A stretch of 32,000 bases of DNA, taken from Aquifex aeolicus VF5 (lineage in GTDB: Bacteria > Aquificota > Aquificia > Aquificales > Aquificaceae). The stretch covers positions 330,001 to 362,000 of the forward strand of contig NC_000918.1 of the NCBI RefSeq assembly GCF_000008625.1, given 5' to 3'. This document shows positions 28,708-32,000 of the stretch, piece by piece; the first letter of the stretch is position 1; every line of letters begins with the position of its first letter. A program made the translations under genes and the position numbers. The notes under the pieces were generated by a model, which was not told the origin of the DNA, ran no database searches, and saw nothing but the letters and a program-made list of their open reading frames with translations.

Positions 28708-29264
28708 CCCTCTGTATTACGGGTGCAAGCGGAGTAATATACGGGATAAAACTCCTGCAAGTATTGGAGGAGTTAGATTTTTCAGTAGACTTGGTAATTT
28801 CAAGGAACGCAAAAGTAGTATTAAAGGAAGAGCACTCTTTAACCTTCGAAGAGGTTCTTAAAGGTCTCAAAAACGTCCGTATTCACGAGGAGAATGACTT
28901 TACCTCACCTCTCGCGAGCGGCTCAAGGCTTGTCCATTACAGGGGTGTTTACGTAGTTCCCTGTTCCACGAATACGTTATCCTGCATAGCAAACGGCATA
29001 AACAAAAACCTTATTCACAGAGTAGGGGAGGTGGCCCTGAAGGAGAGAGTTCCCTTGGTTTTGCTCGTTAGAGAAGCTCCGTACAACGAGATACACCTTG
29101 AAAACATGCTAAAAATTACGAGGATGGGGGGAGTTGTAGTTCCCGCAAGTCCCGCCTTTTATCACAAACCACAAAGTATAGACGACATGATAAACTTCGT
29201 TGTGGGAAAGCTTTTGGACGTTTTGAGGATAGAGCATAATCTTTATAAGAGATGGAGAGGGTGA
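28695..29264 (+). CDS. ubiX: UbiX/Pad1-type flavin prenyltransferase
   Basis: ALCITGASGVIYGIKLLQVL, ASGSRLVHYRGVYVVPCSTNTLSCIANG, and RVPLVLLVREAPYNEIHLENMLKI. Confidence 0.93.
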   Translation: MQKIALCITGASGVIYGIKLLQVLEELDFSVDLVISRNAKVVLKEEHSLTFEEVLKGLKNVRIHEENDFTSPLASGSRLVHYRGVYVVPCSTNTLSCIANGINKNLIHRVGEVALKERVPLVLLVREAPYNEIHLENMLKITRMGGVVVPASPAFYHKPQSIDDMINFVVGKLLDVLRIEHNLYKRWRG

Positions 29265-29545
29265 AGTTCAACAGTACGGGAATAAAGGACAAAGAAAAGA
29301 TTTACGAAATACTGAGAAAGGAAGGGTATTCAGTTTACGAGTGGTACGATTCTCCCGGAACTTACTACCCGACTCACACTCATCCAGACAGGGAAATCAG
29401 GTGGGTGATTGAGGGAGAAGTTGTGATCGGAGCTGAGGGTAAGGAGTTCGTGTTGAAAGAAGGTGATATGATAGAGCTTGAGCCGAACACTCCCCACTGG
29501 GCTAAAACGGAAAAGGGCGTAAGGTACATATGCGGTTCTAAGTAA
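29252..29545 (+). CDS. Small single-domain cupin protein
   Basis: YYPTHTHPDREIRWVIEGEVVIGAEGKEFVLKEGDMIELEPNTPHWA: cupin motifs 1 and 2. Confidence 0.85.
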   Translation: MERVKFNSTGIKDKEKIYEILRKEGYSVYEWYDSPGTYYPTHTHPDREIRWVIEGEVVIGAEGKEFVLKEGDMIELEPNTPHWAKTEKGVRYICGSK

Positions 29546-29577
29546 AAAAGGAAAGAAAGGATTGCCCCTGCAGGGGC
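29541..29577 (-). terminator. Candidate Rho-independent terminator for the TonB-dependent receptor gene (- strand)
   Basis: GCCCC-TGCA-GGGGC hairpin at 29564..29577, followed on the - strand by T-rich CCTTTCTTTCCTTTTTT; lies just past the receptor stop at 29590. Confidence 0.5.
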
Positions 29578-29589
29578 CGTGAGTAGGCT

Positions 29590-31632
29590 TCAGAAGGTGT
29601 ACGAAACGGAAAGATAATAAGTCCTTCCGGGCTCGGGAACCTTTACACCCGTTCTGAAGGGATTTCTCAAATAAGAGAGGTGCGTATAGTAGAGTTTATC
29701 AAACAGGTTGTTAATTCCCGCAACAACCCTCAGGTTCCTGTAATTAACCCCACCCTTCAAGTTAATTATTCCGTATCCTGAGGTCTTTTCCTCCTGAAGG
29801 TCACTATCTACGTTGTCCTGAGTTGCGGCAAGCACTCCCTCAACCTGTCCAAAGTACATGCCTGTGTCGTATCTGAGGGCTAACCTCGCGGTGAGCGGCG
29901 GTATTTCTGCTATATCTTTGTCCGTTATGTTTTTTGCAGGATAAGTATCGTCCTTCCTTCCCCTAGTGTACGCTACGTTTCCATCAAAGAAGATTGTATC
30001 CGTAATCGCGTAGCTTCCGCTCAGTTCAAAGCCGTAGAAGTATGCGTCTATGTTTGTGTAGGACATGGCTTTAGTGTTCTGGTTCATCATGTTTCCGCTG
30101 GACGGTGCGGTTGCCCTGTAAACGTATATGTAATCTTTAACGTAACTGAGGAAAGTTCTCAGTTCCCCACTGTACCTTTCTCCAGTTAGTTTTATTCCGA
30201 GGTCAAGTTCGTTGTTCCTCTCTGGGTCCAGTTTGGGATTTCCCACCCAGTCTCCCATCGTATTTTCCATTTTTCCCATCCTGTCGAGGGCAAAGTAGCG
30301 TTCCTGAGGATCGGGAACCCTGACCGCCGAACCTAACCCTGCAAAGAGCTCAATTCCCTCCTTCAGTTCGTAGAACACCTGAACGTTTCCCGAGGGATAC
30401 ACGTCAGTTTGAGAAGTGTCGGTGGTGTTGTGGTAATGTCTGTAGAGGTTTATATTTGCCTTTCCTGAATCCGCTTTTGTCTTGGACCAGTCAAGTCTGA
30501 GCCCTGCGACGAGTCTAAGCTTCGGAGATAGCTTTTTCCTGTATTCCCCGTAAAGTCCGAAGTTGTAAACGTCAACGTCGGGAATCGTGTTCTGAGTTCT
30601 GTACATTCCCATGTTTCTCATGTACATGGTTGTTTGTGCTTTCCAATACCTGTAAAAAGTATCAATACCGAAGCTGAAATCTCCGAAGCTGTATTCGCCT
30701 TTAAAGCCGTAAACCTTTGACTTTGCGTAGGTTCCCATTGTATACCCGCGGGGTGCGTTCTGAGATATTACCCTTTTTGGGTTTGTCATCCAGTGTCTGA
30801 CGGAAGAACCGTATAGTTGGGCCTTAAACCTCTTCCCTTCAAGTCCTAAGTTTACCCGGTCCACCTCGTCATATATTCCATCCATCATAAGGTAGGGGTA
30901 GAGTACGTCTGTAGCCCTCTGGTGTGCGTAATCAAGCTTAAACTTCACACCATCCGTAATCTTGTACCTGAGTTTTGCCCATGCCGTGTGTATGTTAAAG
31001 GCTGTAGAATCCCTTTCGTCCTGAGAGTAAGCTGAAGGGTTGCCCGAGGGGTATATCTCCGTTATCTTTCTACCTTTTCCGTCTTCATAGGGCTTTCCGA
31101 ACCTGAAAGCGTATCCTATCAGGAATGAGAGTCTGTCTTTTCCGTAAGAGAAGTAAAAGGAAGGGTTAATAGTGCTCCAGTTGTCCGCGTAAGTGGTTAT
31201 CCTTCCTTCCATTCCCTCTTTGGGTTCTTTGGTTTTGACGTTAACCGTTCCTCCTACCGCTCCGTAATTTCTAACGTCAAAGGGACCTTTTATGACTTCA
31301 ACACTTTCAACTTCAGAAAAGTCCACGTGGAATATTCCCGGATCCATCCTGTTTGGACAAGCGTTGTAAACCCTTGCTCCGTCAAAGAGCTGGTTTACCT
31401 CGTCCTTTTTAAATCCCCTGATTACAACGTCGTTCGCTATGGCACCCTTTCTTACTTTCCAGACTCCGGGAATGTTGTACTCAAGTGCTTCTCCCACGTC
31501 CTTCGCAGGCAGTTCCCTCACCACGTCTTCGGTCAAAACTTCTCTCTTTCCGATAACTTGAATTTCTTCAAGGTTCACTTCCTGAGCAAAGGCAACCGAA
31601 AACAGCGCTCCTAAAAGCAGAGTTCTCTTCAT
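29590..31632 (-). CDS. TonB-dependent outer-membrane receptor
   Basis: Signal peptide MKRTLLLGALFSVAFA, plug domain (EVESVEVIKGPFDVRNYGAVGGTVNVKTKEP), beta-barrel, and terminal GRTYYLSVSYTF. Confidence 0.93.
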   Translation of the reverse strand: MKRTLLLGALFSVAFAQEVNLEEIQVIGKREVLTEDVVRELPAKDVGEALEYNIPGVWKVRKGAIANDVVIRGFKKDEVNQLFDGARVYNACPNRMDPGIFHVDFSEVESVEVIKGPFDVRNYGAVGGTVNVKTKEPKEGMEGRITTYADNWSTINPSFYFSYGKDRLSFLIGYAFRFGKPYEDGKGRKITEIYPSGNPSAYSQDERDSTAFNIHTAWAKLRYKITDGVKFKLDYAHQRATDVLYPYLMMDGIYDEVDRVNLGLEGKRFKAQLYGSSVRHWMTNPKRVISQNAPRGYTMGTYAKSKVYGFKGEYSFGDFSFGIDTFYRYWKAQTTMYMRNMGMYRTQNTIPDVDVYNFGLYGEYRKKLSPKLRLVAGLRLDWSKTKADSGKANINLYRHYHNTTDTSQTDVYPSGNVQVFYELKEGIELFAGLGSAVRVPDPQERYFALDRMGKMENTMGDWVGNPKLDPERNNELDLGIKLTGERYSGELRTFLSYVKDYIYVYRATAPSSGNMMNQNTKAMSYTNIDAYFYGFELSGSYAITDTIFFDGNVAYTRGRKDDTYPAKNITDKDIAEIPPLTARLALRYDTGMYFGQVEGVLAATQDNVDSDLQEEKTSGYGIINLKGGVNYRNLRVVAGINNLFDKLYYTHLSYLRNPFRTGVKVPEPGRTYYLSVSYTF

Positions 31633-31654
31633 ATCCCACCTCCGTTCATCTTAT

Positions 31655-31700
31655 GTTAATTTTAACAAATTTTTAAACATAATTTAACGTTAAATTTAAC
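31655..31700. promoter_or_regulatory. Divergent intergenic region with two GTTAA-N2-TTAAC inverted repeats
   Basis: GTTAATTTTAAC at 31655..31666 and GTTAAATTTAAC at 31689..31700 (perfect 12-bp palindrome), with an overlapping perfect 16-bp palindrome AATTTAACGTTAAATT at 31681..31696. Confidence 0.45.
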
Positions 31701-31704
31701 ATTG

Positions 31705-32000
31705 ATGGGAGCCAAATACTCCTTCCTCGGATACTTGCTTTCTGGTCTCCTCCACGGAGCCCTGTTATTTTCCTTGACACACGCAGGTTTAGAAGTGCGC
31801 GAACAAAAATCAAAAGAACCCGTAGGACTTTCCCTGAAAACCTTGCAGATCAAAAAGGAAGAGCCAAAGACGGTAAGTACGATTAAGAAATCTGAGAAAA
31901 AGACAATCAAGAAGGAACAAAAAGTTGTGAAAAAGCCCAAAAAAACTTTTAAGAAAAAATACAAGAAAAGACATAGAAGAAAAATCGTAAAACCTAAAAA
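31705..32000 (+). CDS. tonB: TonB-like energy-transducer, N-terminal part (runs off window end)
   Basis: Manual translation from ATG 31705: MGAKYSFLGYLLSGLLHGALLFSLTHAGLEVREQKSKEPVGLSLKTLQIKKEEPKTVSTIKKSEKKTIKKEQKVVKKPKKTFKKKYKKRHRRKIVKPK. N-terminal TM plus a Lys-rich linker, adjacent to the receptor. Not in the ORF track. Confidence 0.75.
   Translation, partial: MGAKYSFLGYLLSGLLHGALLFSLTHAGLEVREQKSKEPVGLSLKTLQIKKEEPKTVSTIKKSEKKTIKKEQKVVKKPKKTFKKKYKKRHRRKIVKPK

Noticed and set aside
29564-29577. GCCCCTGCAGGGGC palindrome considered as a regulator binding site
   Set aside because: Its position directly after the receptor stop, followed by a T-rich - strand tail, fits a terminator hairpin better.
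31327-31614. + strand ORFs antisense to the TonB-dependent receptor, and 31662..31964 - opposite the tonB-like gene
   Set aside because: No family signature. They are the shadow of convincingly coding sequence on the other strand.
1-32000. CRISPR arrays, tRNA/rRNA genes, prophage
   Set aside because: No regularly spaced direct repeats, no tRNA-like CCA/T-loop (GGTTCRA) clover-leaf pattern, no rRNA-conserved blocks and no phage structural genes were seen. The large repeats present are the gene-derived duplications described above.

Overview
This is a chromosomal window from an Aquificales-like thermophile. The assignment is an inference from the gene content, AGG/ATA-rich codon usage and dense gene overlaps. 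Left to right it holds: a Crp/Fnr-type regulator (N-terminus only, - strand); an M29 aminopeptidase and an MCE-domain protein, each split by a probable 1-nt frameshift; bcp-nth; zwf-gnd; a stand-alone ParB-like protein; a thioredoxin-reductase-like flavoprotein; a phosphohexomutase; and a polysaccharide locus (YjbH-like fragment, SLBB/Wza-type export protein with an in-frame TAG, Wzz-like protein, MNT-HEPN pair, MurJ/Wzx-like flippase, truncated methyltransferase, two GT4 glycosyltransferases, rfbD remnant, WecA/MraY-like transferase). The window ends with murB-ddl-ftsQ-ftsA-ftsZ-moaC-ubiX-cupin, a TonB-dependent receptor, and a divergent tonB-like gene that runs off the edge. The strongest non-obvious signal is at 16.87-18.86 kb. 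A second partial copy of murB/ddl-5' is fused, in the same orientation, to a second partial copy of phosphohexomutase-5'/yjbH'/SLBB-3'. This is the expected junction of an ancestral tandem duplication of the whole pgm-to-ddl polysaccharide locus (unit about 9.08 kb to 24.26 kb today). It was followed by complementary deletions in each copy and an apparently homogenised 650-bp tract. No tRNA, rRNA or CRISPR array was recognised. No clearly novel defence system was found beyond a recognisable MNT-HEPN type toxin-antitoxin pair.
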